DNA of 63,946 bases, the filler included, from Basidioascus undulatus (taxonomy: Eukaryota), in assembly GCA_000826855.1 (NCBI GenBank). It is 3 parts of 3 records of this genome, joined end to end, with 100 filler letters (N's around TTAATTAATTAA, not from the genome) between each part and the next. Parts side by side here need not be neighbours in the genome. Positions count along the whole stretch, not along the records: positions 1 to 21,602 come from JTLS01000328.1; positions 21,703 to 43,186 come from JTLS01000329.1; 1 more part is not named here. One strand, given 5' to 3'. The notes beneath the pieces are model-generated. The model worked only from the letters and a program-made list of their open reading frames with translations. It had not been told where the DNA came from and ran no database searches. The stretch's first letter is position 1; the number at the start of each line of letters is the position of its first letter. This document shows positions 15,376-28,409 of the stretch, piece by piece. The translations under genes and the position numbers were made by a program.

Positions 15376-17387
15376 GTCGGCTCCCGCTGAGGCTGCCCAA
15401 AGAAGCCTGACAAGTTGTGGATACCCGCGCGGAAGAACTGTTCCAAGACTGACGGTGAGCCGCAGCCTTCCTTGCCCTCCTCTCCCACCCAGGGGTTCGG
15501 CACCCGCCGCATCCGCCCATCACTCGCCAATGACTTTGTCTCCCCTTCGTGGGTTCTCTCACTGATGGTCTGTCTCAGCGTTGCCTTCCGCCCCGTTCGC
15601 AGTTTGCGGCTTGCGCCCAGAGGTCCGAACATCTTCGGTCCCGGCCTCTCTCTCTCCTTGGTGGTGAGGCGGTGGTGGCTCCTTTGCTCGCCGTTTGCAG
15701 ATTCATCTTTTGTTTGCCAAGCGTAGCTGATCTGCTGCGTGTCTCAGGCAGATGCGAAGGAAGCAGCGGAGAATGAGGCAACGCTTCCAACAGCAAACCT
15801 AAGCACGGACCGATAGACATACACCGCAATGAATACTGCATAAAAAGCATAGCACAAATTTGCAGAACCTAATCATACCCCCCAAAACCCTCCCTTTGGT
15901 CAAGGGAGGGAATTCCTGGATTGTATGAGTGTCGACTGTGCGAAAGGTTGTCAGTTGTTCTCTTCCCGCCCTCCCGCTGCTCCCGAAAAACCAGAATTGA
16001 ATATGTCAAAGAGAATGTGGTCATTCTCTGACTTCCAGAATCCCTCATGTTCCTGAAAGAGCTCTTGCGTGCGCGATCCGGGCTGCGGGCATGCTAGCAG
16101 CTGCTGTCGCGGCCTTGCCGTGGCTGCAGAGCCGCAATCACTCCTAAATTCTTGAACAAACGGCAAAACTGCACCTTTACAAAATTCAAGCATGGACGAT
16201 CATGTTCAAAAGAAGGTGCCACGGCCCGACAGAAGCCAGGCCACGCCAGCGCGCGAGCACAGCAGCCAACACGGACGCAAGGTGCACCTGCCGCACGCTC
16301 TCCCTCTTTCATTAACCTCACTCACACAAAATGCTAGTATTAATTGTCCCTTTGGTTTTATGGGTCGCAGTTCTGACAGGCGCACAAGGCGCACCGGAGT
16401 GCACGAGCTCGGAGACGTGGTGGAACAACGCTCAGGGCGGAACGCCATGGTGAGCAGTCGGTTCTCCCGAATTTCGGAAGGAAGGGGAGTAGCGTAGTGG
16501 AGCTCAGACTGTATTACCCCATTGGGATGTGTACTGGGCTTTGGGGAGGCGGCGGTGGCTATACGAGGGCAAGACGGCCTTGGCTATGAAATCGATCGGC
16601 TGACCCGCCGCCTACTGCAGCGAAGTCCAAGTAGCACTTGACCTTACCTACAGTGAGCCCTAAAGAGGACTTTTCTCAAGCGCATGCCGCTCATACTTGA
16701 CTCTCCGCTCTTCGAGGGTTTAGCTTCTGGTGCGGCACCCGTTCTTTGGGCCATCGCACCCCTTGGTCAATTCTCACCAAACCTTTCTGTTGAACAGACG
16801 GTTGGCCCGCCATCAACTCCTCCTTTTACTATGTCGTAAGCACCGTTAGCCTAGAACTATCAAACGTGCTCCCAGTTGACCTAGAGATCATCGGCAGGCC
16901 CGAGAGAACGGCTGCGACTGCACCCGGTCATGGCGAACCTCGCAGCGGCATGTCGTGCGTCCCTCGGCCTCCTTAGGCATCTTTCGACTGCTAATAATCA
17001 TATGGGAAGTAGGCGACTGTTAGAACAACCTGACCGATACGGTCTAAACTATCAGGACTGGGGGCAGCGGTGTACCTCTCGCAGCTGGAACAACGATGTG
17101 ATGCAGGTCGACATCTTTGCCTGTAACGCCTGGTGGATGTTGACGGTCCATCTGTCCAGACGTGCGTGGCTTGCCGAGTGCTCAAGTCCATGAAGGGAAT
17201 ATGCTCGCCGCTTGCATACCCAACAAAGCTACCCGCCCGACCTCCTCAACGCGTCCCTGTCCGCACGCATCCCGAAATGGGCCCTCACCGACACGTCCGA
17301 AGTAGCCTGGTATGTCTACTAGTGTCCAGCGATGCGCTACAATAGTCCCCGGAATTTTTCAGTTTGCTCATACGCACGTTAAACAGG

Positions 17388-18078
17388 ATGTACAGCGTCG
17401 CACCCTCCAACGCAAGTGAAGAAGCCGCGCAAAGCAGCTCTCTCGCGGCGCTCGCCTCCCTCACCTCTTCCAGCACCACAAGCACCACTTCCTCCTCCTC
17501 CTCCACCCGCTCCCGCACATCCGCCTCGTCCTCCCCGTGGCTTCATCGTCCCCTCATCTCGGTCCCCGAGCCGCGCCCAAAACATAGCCCTAATTATAGG
17601 GTGCACCGTCGGGGGCCTCGCGCTCCTCGCGCTCGCCCTGGGCGCAGCGTACCTCTTCCGGCGGCGGCTCGGCTTCTCAGCGCACCGGCGCAGATGGGCG
17701 CGCGTCACTGATATCGAGCCTCTCGAAGACCCCTCCTCCTCCTCCTTCTCCGAGCAAGCCGCGTTCGTGCCGTCCGCCCGAAGAGGAGGCGCAGCAGCGC
17801 CCATCTCGCGCTCGTTCTCCCTCGCGACGTCCACACGCGCTGTCGGGCCCGACCGCCCCACGGCGTCCCTGCCGCTTGTGCTCGTGGGGACGGACGCGAA
17901 GCGCAGGGGCGTGTACGCCCCGGCGCGGTCGGCGTCGCCGGACTACGCTGCATACCCGCTTGACAGGAAGAGTTCGGCGGGTGCGGCGTCGACGGCGCAC
18001 TCGGCGGAGGTGGGAACGTCTGCGCCGCGGGAGGAGGAGGAGGAACTGACGCCGCTGGAGTATCGGACACGCATTTAA
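17388..18078 (+). CDS. Hypothetical single-pass membrane protein, 3' exons only (5' exons uncertain, possibly from ~16.7 kb)
   Basis: Ser/Thr-rich stalk-like segment, then a strong TM NIALIIGCTVGGLALLALALGAAYLF-RRR and a cytoplasmic tail. Stop at 18078. Confidence 0.5.
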
Positions 18079-18470
18079 GGGCGGAGGGGAGGGGACAGTG
18101 TCTGGACCTTTCTGCATTTCTTAGGGGTTTATCAGTGTGTGTGCAAGCATATCCATCGTTAGTTGTTCAAAAGATGAAGTCGACGAAGTGGAGGGCCAAG
18201 ACGAAGTGACGATCCGCGAGAGAGTGAGGGGACGAAAGCGGTTGTGCGTCAACGACCTCCTGCGAAAGCGAAGTACATCGAGCGAAGACTCCTGAGGGAG
18301 TGAAGGAGGCCGCAGGGCAGCGAGCATCCGAAATCGCGTGAGGAGAACGACAAGCCATGCCGTGCCCCGCCCACCCGGCGTCCCCACAGCCCCAACCCAA
18401 CAAAAGCGAGTAATAGTCCAGCAGTGCAGTCCATGCAATGTTCTATCATCTCATCCTCTCATCTCAGCAT

Positions 18471-20818
18471 CTAGTCAGTCGCCACCGCTTCCGCGCCGCT
18501 CGCCTGCAAGGCGCGGTAGTACTCTGCGTGCGCGCCCAACACCGCAGGTGAGCGTTCGGGGGTTGGAGAGAGGGGATGGGGAAAGGGGGAAGGAAGACGC
18601 ACCCTCGGCCTGCTCAATGCACTTGACGTTCGACGCGAGCTTGTTGATCGTCTCGACATACTCGTCCTCCTCCACCGAGTCAAAGACAATTCCTCCTCCT
18701 GCGTCCCCATCGCACCCCACATCAGCACCCCGTCCTTCTCCCACCCCCCATCCCCATCCCCCTCTTTGCAGAACGCACCAGCCTGCAAATAAGCGACGCC
18801 GTCCTTGAACGTCATCGTGCGGATGGCGATGCAAGTGTCCATCTCGTCGTGCGCAAAGTCGAAGCGCCCCACGGCGCCCGCATACACCCCGCGCTTCTCG
18901 CCCTCCAGCTCGCCGATGAGCTCCATCGCGCGCACTTTGGGCGCGCCGGAGACGGTGCCGGCAGGGAAGATGGAGCGGAAGGCGTCGAAGCTGCGGGGAG
19001 TACCACCAATTTTAGCCTTCTTGTTTCGGGAATGGAGGAAGAGGAGGAGGGGCAGAGGAGAGAGGGATGGGGAAAGAGGGGGAAGGGAAGGGGACGGGAT
19101 GGGGAAAGATGGATGGGAAGACACGCACCGGCTCTTCTCCGGCCTCAGCTGCCCCGAGATCTGGCTGGTGAGGTGGATGACGTGCGAGAACTTCTCGACG
19201 GCCATGAGGCTGTCGACGTGCACGGTCGCGGGGTCGCACACCCGGTTGACGTCGTTCCGCGCGAGGTCGACGAGCATGATGTGCTCCGCCCGGTCCTTTT
19301 CCGACGCGGCGAGCTCCGCGCCGAGGCGGGCGTCCTCTGCGAGGATGAGAGGGGAGGTAATGGAGGGTCAGGAGGGCGGGGAGGACAGGAGATAGGGAAG
19401 GAGGGGAGAGTACGGTAGGGGTAGCGGGAGGAGAGACGGAGGAAGGTAGTGGGAGAAAAGAAAGGAACACTCACCCTCCTTCGTCTTCCCCCTCCGCACA
19501 GTCCCCGCAATCGCATGGTTAAACACTTTCCCGCCCTCGACCTTGCACAGCGTCTCCGGGCTAGCGCCGACCAGCCTAAAGCCACCAGGCGCGTCTCCGT
19601 CGAGGTTCAAGTAGAACATGTGCGGGCTCGGGTTGATCGTGCGGAGGTGGCGGTAGACGTTGAACGGGTGGAGCGCGGTCGGGCGCGCGAGCCGCTGCGA
19701 GGGAACAGCCTGGATGATGTCGCCCTTGACGATGTGGTCCTTGAGCGCAGTCACGAAGCCCTCGTACCCCTTCTTCCCGACGTTCGAGGTGGCCTCTGCG
19801 CCGGTCGGGCCGATCGGCCCCTGCGCGGGCAGGGCAGGCACGTGCGGCGAGAGGAGCACGGCGATGAGGGAGTGGATCTTGCGCGAGGCGGAGGCGTAGA
19901 GGTCCTGGAGGGAGGGGGAGGTGGAGGAGGAGGTGGTGGGGAGAAGGATGTGCGAGACGACCTTTATCGTTTGGAAGACGTGGTCGAAGACCAGGACGGT
20001 GTCGAAGAGCATGAAGATCGAGTCAGGGATGCCGAGCGGGTCGCGCAGGGGACGACGCGTCTTCGGCTCAAAGTGGTGCACGCAGTCGTACCCGACGTAG
20101 CCGACCGCGCCGCCTGAAGCCCCCCCTCGAAGTCAGGAACCAAATCTTGTCTTGAGGGAAAATGGGCGGGAGGGGAGGGGAAGTGGCAGAGGAAAGGAAG
20201 ACGCACCGGTGAAGGTCTCGAGCCCGTCGACCTTGACATACTTGTACTGCTCCATTTCGGACTGGAGCGCGACCAGCGGGTCGCCCGTTATAGACTCGTT
20301 TGGGCCGGACTTGAGAAGCTTGAAGGGGTCTGTGTTGGGCCGTAGGGGGGGAGCAGTCAGCGTCTTCTCTTTTGGCTGGCTTCCTCCTCACGCCCCTGGC
20401 TATGGAGCGCAAGAGGGAAAGGAGAAGTGCATGGGGGGAAGGAAGAGGGAAGTGGGAGGAAAGAAGAAGAGGCACCCGCGCCAACGAAGCTGAATCTCCC
20501 CTGCTCGTTCGCGACGACGCTCTCGAGCAAGAACGAGTACTTGCTGTCCCCGCTGATCTTGAGGTACGCGAGCACAGGCGTCAACAGATCCGCCGGCAGG
20601 GTAGCAAAGACAGGTATGCAGTTTCCATTCTCCTGGTCCACGAGCGCCTGCACCTCTGCGAGCGAGGGCCGGAGCGGGTGCGTCGCGGGGGAGGGCACCC
20701 GGGCGGACGTGGGCGGCATGGGGAACTTGGAGGTGGTGGTGAAGAGCGAGTGCGCGGGGGAGGACGGCACGGGCGGGAGGGACGCTGTGGGAGGGGGAGG
20801 AGGAGGAGGAAGGGACAT
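18471..20818 (-). CDS. TRP2: Anthranilate synthase component I, multi-exon (alternative start at 20719)
   Basis: [104 protein letters not shown]. Confidence 0.95.
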
Positions 20819-21602
20819 TCTGAAAGAGGATGGACGCCTGCGGTCGGATTAATGAGCGAGGGATGCGAGTCAGGCCTGTCAGACTGCGAGGAGGCGTCGA
20901 AGAGAGAAGGCCCGAGCCGGCTAAAATCCGAGGACAGTCCGCGGTGGGAAGGCTACAGCCGGGATCGTTTTGTGTTGTTTCAATTGTTTCACAGAATGCA
21001 GTGCTCGGGTTTGCCGGATACGCTAGCCCACAAATGTGCGGGTAAATATTAAAAGTTCCCAGATTGACTGGACTGATCACTGGGCGGTTGGAGTGTCAAC
21101 GTGGAGGACAGTGCGCCGTCTAACCCGTCCACCGTTTCATCGAACATTCGGTGAGCGGAAGACACAGGTCTGTACAGCCTTGAAGTTCACGGCTGATAAA
21201 GGATTTAACTATCCAGGAATGGTCATGGGTTGGGGCAGTGCGGCGCAGCATCTCACTGAGGACGGAAGTCGAGAGTCGCGTCCTGCCAGTCGGTTGTGTT
21301 GCACGCTGCACTTGCGTTGTCTCGGCGGTGCTTCGACGCCGGCCGTGCCTTAGGCGTATGAGGACGCCGACGCATCTTTCTTGTTGACCACCACCATCCG
21401 CTCCTTTGCCCAAGTTCTCAAGCCGTGAGTTACTCTGCGACGCCGCGGTCGTGCTCAGGTTTCGCTGATGTGCCGGCTGTGCTGCTAGCGAACCAGACTG
21501 CGTTTCTTAAAAGCCCTCGATACCTTGCCCTCCCCTGGCCGGGGAACACCATCCGAGCACCAATGGTCCGCCTCTCCTCACCCTCTCTTCCCAACCCCCC
21601 TA

Positions 21603-21702
21603 NNNNNNNNNNNNNNNNNNNNNNNNNNNNNNNNNNNNNNNNNNNNTTAATTAATTAANNNNNNNNNNNNNNNNNNNNNNNNNNNNNNNNNNNNNNNNNN
21701 NN
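21603..21702. other. Assembly gap spacer (44 N + TTAATTAATTAA + 44 N)
   Basis: Exactly 100 bp with a six-frame-stop linker. Identical structure at 43187-43286. Confidence 0.97.
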
Positions 21703-21785
21703 CAAGGACAAGGACAAGGACAAGGACAAGGACAAGGACAAGGACAAGGACAAGGACAAGGACAAGGACAAGGACAAGGACAAGG
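21703..21785 (+). repeat. (CAAGGA)n hexanucleotide microsatellite, at least 13 units, encoding (KD)n
   Basis: Perfect tandem repeat abutting the gap and in frame with the downstream ORF. Confidence 0.95.
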
Positions 21786-22594
21786 CGGAGGAGAAGCCAG
21801 GGGTGCGCGGTGCGGCTGAATCGGCAGAGGAGGACGCGGCGGCACCGACGCAGGCGCAGGCGCAGGCGCAGGGAAAGCCCGAGGATGGCGTGGTGGACCA
21901 GGCAGCGCTGGAAGAAGCGATGCTCGATGCCTCCCCCCTGCGCCCTCGACAGCCTCACGAGATCCCGCTCCCGCCCTCGCCCACACCCTCGTCCCGAACA
22001 ATCGCCGCCTCGGACCCCACCGAGATGCTCTCCACGCCGCCGCGCACACCGACTATCTCCTCTCGCTCGACACCATCCACCCCGCAGCGCACGCCCCTCC
22101 CCCCGTCCTTGCCCACTTCGCCTTCGAGCTCTGCAGCGCCTGAACTGGTCTCGCTCCGCGAGTTGACGGTGCATGTCGAGCCGCCCGGGGGTGGGGAGCT
22201 CGTGCGCCGGAGAGTAGTTTGGGCCACCGTACGCTTTGCGTTCTCCCTACTCCACAGCGCTGATTCCCGCCCGCTCACATCGCATGTCTGTCAGGACGAT
22301 CCCTACCTCCTCGCGCTCCTCCTAAACGTCCCCTACCCACTCCCACTCTCGCTCAGCCCTGCCCCCCCTCCCTCGCGCTCCCCAAGCAAGCGCACCTCGT
22401 CCAGCTCCGTCCTTCCAACATCCACAGTCCGGTGCGGACGCCCGCGGTACGTAGTCTCCGGCGGGGAGACGCTCGTTAGCCCCTGCGCGCCGTACTCGAT
22501 CTCGCGGTTGAAGACGGCGATGGAGGAATGCCTGGGGGTCGCCCGCTTCCTCATCAGCTTCCGGGTTCGAAAGTCCATGCACCTGGGAAAATAG
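21703..22594 (+). CDS. Hypothetical protein, 3' portion (5' part across the gap)
   Basis: Open frame from the KD repeat through a Pro/Ser/Thr-rich region, with a probable intron GTACGC...CAG (~22229-22294). Stop at 22594. Confidence 0.5.
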
Positions 22595-23168
22595 AGAGAA
22601 CCATATCCCGTCTAGCGGAATTCCCGTCTGGAGCTGCGTCCGCGGTGCGAGACCCTGCCCAAGCCAAGCAGCGTTGGTTCGTCAACTCCAGTAGCAGCGC
22701 GGCGTGCCATCGCGGAGACAGGGAGGTACTTGGCTCAGATCGTAGACCAGTATAGTAACAGCAGAAGGCATGGGAAGGCGGTTGTTAGAATGGCAGGGCA
22801 AGGCAAAACGTGAAAGTTGATGGTGGAGCAGGACCAAGGGAACCCGCGAGCGGAGGGCCGGAGACACAGCCCGCTTGCACGCGCTCTTGACGCGACTGAC
22901 TTGTGGGCGCGCATTCAGTGTCCTCGAGCAAGAAAACTTCAAAATGGCACTTTGCGGTAGTGGAACTTTAGCAAAAATGTGTAAGATATATCCAAAATGA
23001 AATTCAGCAACGGCACCTCGCACAGAGGAGAGCTGCGAAGCAACTGAGCGGGTCGAGGTCGTGCCTGCAACGCCTGCAGCTGGGGGAAGCGTCGAAGTGG
23101 ACACACTCATAGCTCGCGTTAAACCGATTGGAAAGGATCACACCTCTCGCGCATGCACATCAAGCGCC

Positions 23169-24264
23169 TCACAATGAGTCATCCATCTCGACATCCTCCC
23201 CCGCGACAGCCTTCGCCCCTTCGCCCGTCCCGACCGCGCCCGCCCCGCCCGCCGCTCGGACGCGTCCCATATCCTGGACCAGCCCCCTCGTCCGGCCCTT
23301 CACGACCGCCTCCATCTCTCCTCTAATCACCCTGCCCGCGCGGAGCGCGCCGCGGAAGATCTCCTCGAAGCGGTCGACGTGCAGGCGCGTCTCCATGCTC
23401 ACGAGCGTCACTTTGAAAGACGCGGGGAGGACCGCGACCGTGCAGGACGGGAGGTCGGACTCTTCGAGATTGTTCAGGTCCAGGAGGGTCGTCGTGTTGT
23501 GGCACCCTGAGGAACAGGCGCAGACGTAGTCGAGAAGGGGAACGCCAGCGGAGATGAGCGCGAGGGTCGTGGCGTTTATGGAGGCTTGCAAGAGGCCTGG
23601 AAAGCGCGATCGAGCGTAAGGGGGGACGGGGCGGATGGGAAGAGGGGGATGAGGGCAGGAACCTACCCCCATCTTGTTCGAGTACTTGGATGTAGATGTC
23701 AACCTGCGAGCGCGGGTACAGATGGGTCATGATGACCGGCTCGAAAGTGGACTTGATCGACGCGGCAAGCTCCGCTATCCTCCTATCACCCACCCGACCA
23801 CCATTCCACCAGCCCATCAGCACTCCTCCCCTCCCTCTCTCCTTCCCTTGCGCAGCACTCACCGGTCGCCCCTCCCCCTCCTCCTTCCGCCCGCCTCGCT
23901 CCACGCCGCGACACCGACCTCAACATTGATGACCGCCCGGTCGTGGTGCACCGTCCCGCGGTTCTTGGGCTCCCGCGGGCCGTACACCGCTGCGCTCACG
24001 CTCGTCAGCCCGTGCGACACGGACGCGGACCCGTCTGCCTCGGGGATCGTGTCGAGCTGGAGGGTGAGGGAGCGCAGCTCGAGAGGGCGCCGGCCGTCGG
24101 CGCGGAGACCTGTGAATAGTGAGAGCTCAGCGAAGAGAGCGCTGGAGGGAGAGGGAGAGTGGGAGACGAGGACGCACCGCCGTCGTTGAGGATTTCTACT
24201 CGGGACTGACGGAGGGAGCGTGTTCAGCGAGAGCGTAGAGCAGGAGTGATTAGGGACATACCAT
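23169..24264 (-). CDS. SKI6: Exosome complex RNase PH-like subunit Rrp41, multi-exon
   Basis: M|SRVEILNDGGLRADGRRPLELR, ADGSA, VYGPRE, YPRSQVDIYIQVLEQDGG, INATTLALISAGVP, LLDLNNLEE. Confidence 0.93.
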
Positions 24265-24491
24265 GCTTCTTTATACCCCTCCTGTGATACAAATGTGAAT
24301 AGCCGAGACGCAAGCGCGCTAGGCGTGAGAACGAGTTGATGAGGGCGAGAGAAGACGCGTCCAGCACTCGAATTTTGGCGCTCCTCCCGCGAGCCGGCGG
24401 AAAGTCGCCGCCTGCCTGCCTTGCCTTGTCTTCCTTGCCTTTCACCCTACCCCCTCTTTCTCCCTCTCCATATTCCGCTGTAGCCAAACCC

Positions 24492-25119
24492 ATGTCCACA
24501 TACCCCTCTCTCATTGACGAGGGCACCAAGATCAGGTACCGTGCGCATTTGTGTTTCTCGCGCTGGCGCTTGTGGAAGAGCATGCGCTGAAGCGGAGCGG
24601 ACCGGGCTGGCTGGGCAGAGTGAGCTCGACGCTCGAGCGCGGGACGGGGCGGAAGGGCTTGACGGATAGGAATGAGGAGACGTGCTGGACGTCAGCGCAG
24701 GTGCGTCTGTCTCCTCTTCATCCCCTCCCGCCAAGCTACTGACCCTTCCTTCCCCTCCTCCCCAGGGCTCGCCCCAGCACATAACCATCGTCTTCCCTAC
24801 CCACATCCTCCTCCACACGCTTCACATGACCTTCCAAGGCGGGTTCTCCGGCAAGCGGTGCCGCCTCCTCTCCTCCCCCACCGCCTCGCCCTCCGCCGAC
24901 GAGCTCGCACCCCTCGCGTCCTTCCACCCGCAGGATGTGAACCGCTCGCAGGAGTTCAGGTTCGATGGGGATGGAGAGGGAGTTGGGAATGGGAAGGTGC
25001 TCGGACCGTTCAAGACGCTCAGGATCGTGTTCGATGAGAGCTCGGACTTCTTTGGGAGGATCACGGTGTATGATTTGGATGTGCGGGGGGTGAGGTTGGA
25101 GGGCGAGGGGGAGGCATAG
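24492..25119 (+). CDS. NR2C2AP/TRA16-like (galactose-binding-fold) protein, three exons
   Basis: RVSS...ETCWTSAQGSPQ...FQGGFSG...FHPQDVNRSQEF...LRIVFDESSDFFGRITVYDL. Confidence 0.85.
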
Positions 25120-27186
25120 ATTCACTGGCGGAATGACGCTGATAAGCTTAAGACAGGTAAAAATGTTTGAAGAGACTTACTCGGTCTGGGGCGCACACAA
25201 GCATTTGGAGCCCTCGCGACTTCCCCGTCCAGAGGCTGATTGAACACCAATCGTACGGGAGTTCCGTTTTATCACAGACTGGAATCGCAACTTTTCCGTA
25301 ACTCTAAATCGACATACTACGTACCTTACTGAATTCTATATCCCCTCGACTTCAAGGTGAAGGGATGGAGTCTGGGATTCCCATCCGTCCCTTCACCCAG
25401 GCCGTCCGTAGTGTCCCCTCGTCCTCTCACCATGTCTCAACAACTAATACCTTTCATGCTGCACCAATTGTCTGTCGGGTTCATCTCAAATATGGCACTG
25501 TGTACGTGTTGGGCCGCTCCTTTCCGTGATACGGTTCGCACCCTGAGATCTGAAAAGTGGCCTGCCCAATGTGTGCAATGGATGCTCAGTTTTCTTTACC
25601 ACCCTTTACATTGTAGTGCCGTCAGAGAGAATCGGGCGTCCCAGATCGCGAGGGGCCTCCGGCAAGCCAGTCGCAGATGCACGCGTCTCGCTGCTCCCGC
25701 GCCCTGGCCCCCCCTCTCAGCCTCTGCTTTCCAATCATCTCTGAAGGGACCAAACGTCGAGAACCAGCGCGTCAAGTTGCCACCTGCGGCGGGTGACTCA
25801 GGTGAACACCGAACAAAAACTCTTCGGGCCGCTCGCTTGCAAGACTAAGAGCTCTACAAGGACGTCACGTTTGGAAATGAGCCAAGCAGAACCTTTGTAG
25901 TATGTGCGCATGGTGTACGGAACCCCAGAAAGAGAAAGACCTGGTGGCACAAGGGGAATGCAACGTCCGATGCCCATTCGCCAGCTATCCAGACCGCGCT
26001 CGGTACAGCTCAGAACACCCAATACAGTGATAACCAGACTTATCGAAGGCGACGTGCAATATGAACATTGTCATAATATAGCGGAGGTCATGCGTGTGGT
26101 TTACGAGAGTACTGCACTGGCGCTGACACTGACTTGCGACGTGTTGGTAACACCTGTGCATCCCAGACGGACCCCTGACACTACAAGGTCCTTTCCTTCA
26201 CCCTACCTAGACTCAATCTTATACCTCCGAGGAAATCCACCTTTTCAAGTGGTTTAAAGAGCGCAAATGGGCATCAATATTCCTCTTTCCTTATCCTGTT
26301 ATGGGGCACCCGCCCGCACACAAATGCTCCCCCTCTGTCTGTCTCCCTCTCCACTTTACCATCACGACTTCACACCGCAGCGATAATGTATAGCGTTTCG
26401 TTTTTGCCGAGGTATCACTTCACACTCCATTTTCCTTGTGTGCTTCGGATCAATTGAGGCATTTTTATGTGCCATTTCCTACTTCCAACTTTCCTTGCTC
26501 CCGTCCGCGCCAGCGTGCATGCTTCACAGTGCACTGCAGTTTCTCATTCCCGGAGCACATAGGTGATATTGCATCACGGGATGTGTACGCCGTACTCACA
26601 CCAGTTTAGTTCTCAAGCAGTCATGGCATCAATGACAGTTCACGAAAGACCAATGCCATGAAAATAATTAATAGCTTATACTTAGCGCGCAATTTCAGAA
26701 AGCCCGCGCCGTGAAGCTGCTTCAGGGGAGACCGAGGTGCTCTTGAAAGTGCGTGAAAGTGCTTCCCGGTTGTGTACCGAACCGCAGTGCGACAAAGTCT
26801 TGCTGACACACCCAGTACTCAAGATTTGGCCTAAAGCTACAGTAAGTATCGTTGGCTTTTCTCTAGGCCCTCCTTCAGAAGCACTCACCGCGCATTCGAC
26901 AAGAACCACTGCCGTTGCCGTGCTGTGTTGGGCACAACAGATATACCACAGAAACGGAAGTGCCGAGATAAAACCCCAAATAGAGCCTGGAACAGACTGG
27001 AAGGCCTGCTGTCACTCCGAAACTCGATTACGGGTGACCAGGAACGCTGTCCCGCGGACGACCATCGAGCCCGGTCTGTCGGTCTGGGCGGCAGTGCCTC
27101 CCGCCACTATCCCCCCATCCACAATCGGCCACCTGGTTTTACCCGCCCGCCCGCTCTTCAGCACCCTAAACGCTCAAGAACACAAT

Positions 27187-28409
27187 ATGGAGGCCAGCCC
27201 TTTCGGGATCCTCCCTGCCGAAATAATCTCACACATCTTCCTTCTCGCCGTCGCGGGAGGCGACGCGCAAGCCGCCTCGAGCGCGCGGGCTCTTCCGCTG
27301 GTCTGCAAAGGCCTCTACGTGCGTCGATTCTCCTTACTCTTCAAACAACAGGGGGTGAGAGGGTTGCTGATGTGGGTTGAGGTTGCTTGATGCTGTTCCA
27401 GCCGTACGCTGAGCGCTGCCTCGTGCACGAGATCACCCTTCGCTCTGTCCACTCGATCGAGAGCCTCTTTGTAGCTCTTCTGGAATCCGAGACCCGTGGA
27501 CGCCCCCTCTCTCCGCACGCTCGTCATCTTCTACTTCTCGTCGAAGGCGATGAGGCGCCGCCGCGGTCGGACATGCTCGAGTCTCCAGCGCTTATGTCAA
27601 TCATCCACCGCCTGATTAACTTGACCTCGTTCACCGTGCGCAAGTACTAGGTCTTGAAACTTCCCTTGGTGGGTCTCCGCTCCCGCTCATAGACGCATTA
27701 GCTCAAAGCTGCGCGAGAAGCCTTGTCGAAGTCGTTGTCCCCATCGATCTGGGAATCAACGCGCCCCTCATTTTCTCTTCGTTAGGCCGCTTCCAGAGAC
27801 TCAACCTTCTTTCCTAGGTCTTTTGGAGGTTTCAGGAAGGTGTGGAGGCTCCGCTCACTGTGCTTCCCGGGCTGAAGATTCTGCTTGTAGGAAGGCCGGA
27901 AATGCGGGCATCGGCCTCTTCTTGGCTATCCCTTCTTCCGTTCCCCAGGATCAACACATTCTCCGTCATTGTGGGCGATACAATGAGCCTCGGATTTGTT
28001 GATTCTTTGGTCTGCCACGGCAACCAACTCGAGGTTTTGAAGTTAGGACTGGCGACTAATGGCGATCTCTCACTGCTGCGTTTCACTCCAAACTCCACAC
28101 CCTCACGCTTTTATTCGGCGCCGCTTTGTCTCAAAATCTTCACGTCGGTACCCTTCCGGCTTCTCTTCTTCAAATCAGAATCGACTTTGTACGGAACGGT
28201 CGGCTTCCCTTCAAACCTTGCTTCATCGCTTTCTTCTCGATGTGGTAGCGGCCTGCTCCCCAAAGCTCCAAAATATTCGCTTGGACTATAGTTCTAAAAC
28301 CTTCACAAGGACGGGCTCGCAGTACGAGGCGTATATCACGTGGGCCGAAGAGACTGGCACCGTCCTTGAGAAGAAGGGCATCGCGTTGCTATTGCGCCAT
28401 TCTGAGTAA
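27187..28409 (+). pseudogene. F-box/LRR-like protein pseudogene
   Basis: F-box start LPAEIISHIF...LVCKGLY. LRR-like segments (LPGLKIL, LEVLKL, PKLHTLTL, PKLQNIRL) are spread over different frames, implying at least two frameshifts, plus a possible in-frame TAG at 27815-27817. Confidence 0.6.

Noticed and set aside
21603..21702. Palindromic TTAATTAATTAA flanked by Ns (also 43187-43286) as a biological repeat or transposon target site
   Set aside because: Identical 44N+12+44N layout with stops in all six frames is a synthetic contig spacer. Adjacency across these gaps is not guaranteed.
21703..21785. CRISPR-like or other array
   Set aside because: Simple hexamer microsatellite without spacers. 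No CRISPR or cas features in this eukaryotic window.
25357..26257. Possible gene or transposon remnant in intergenic ORFs
   Set aside because: No recognisable motif or consistent exon structure by eye. A profile search would be needed.
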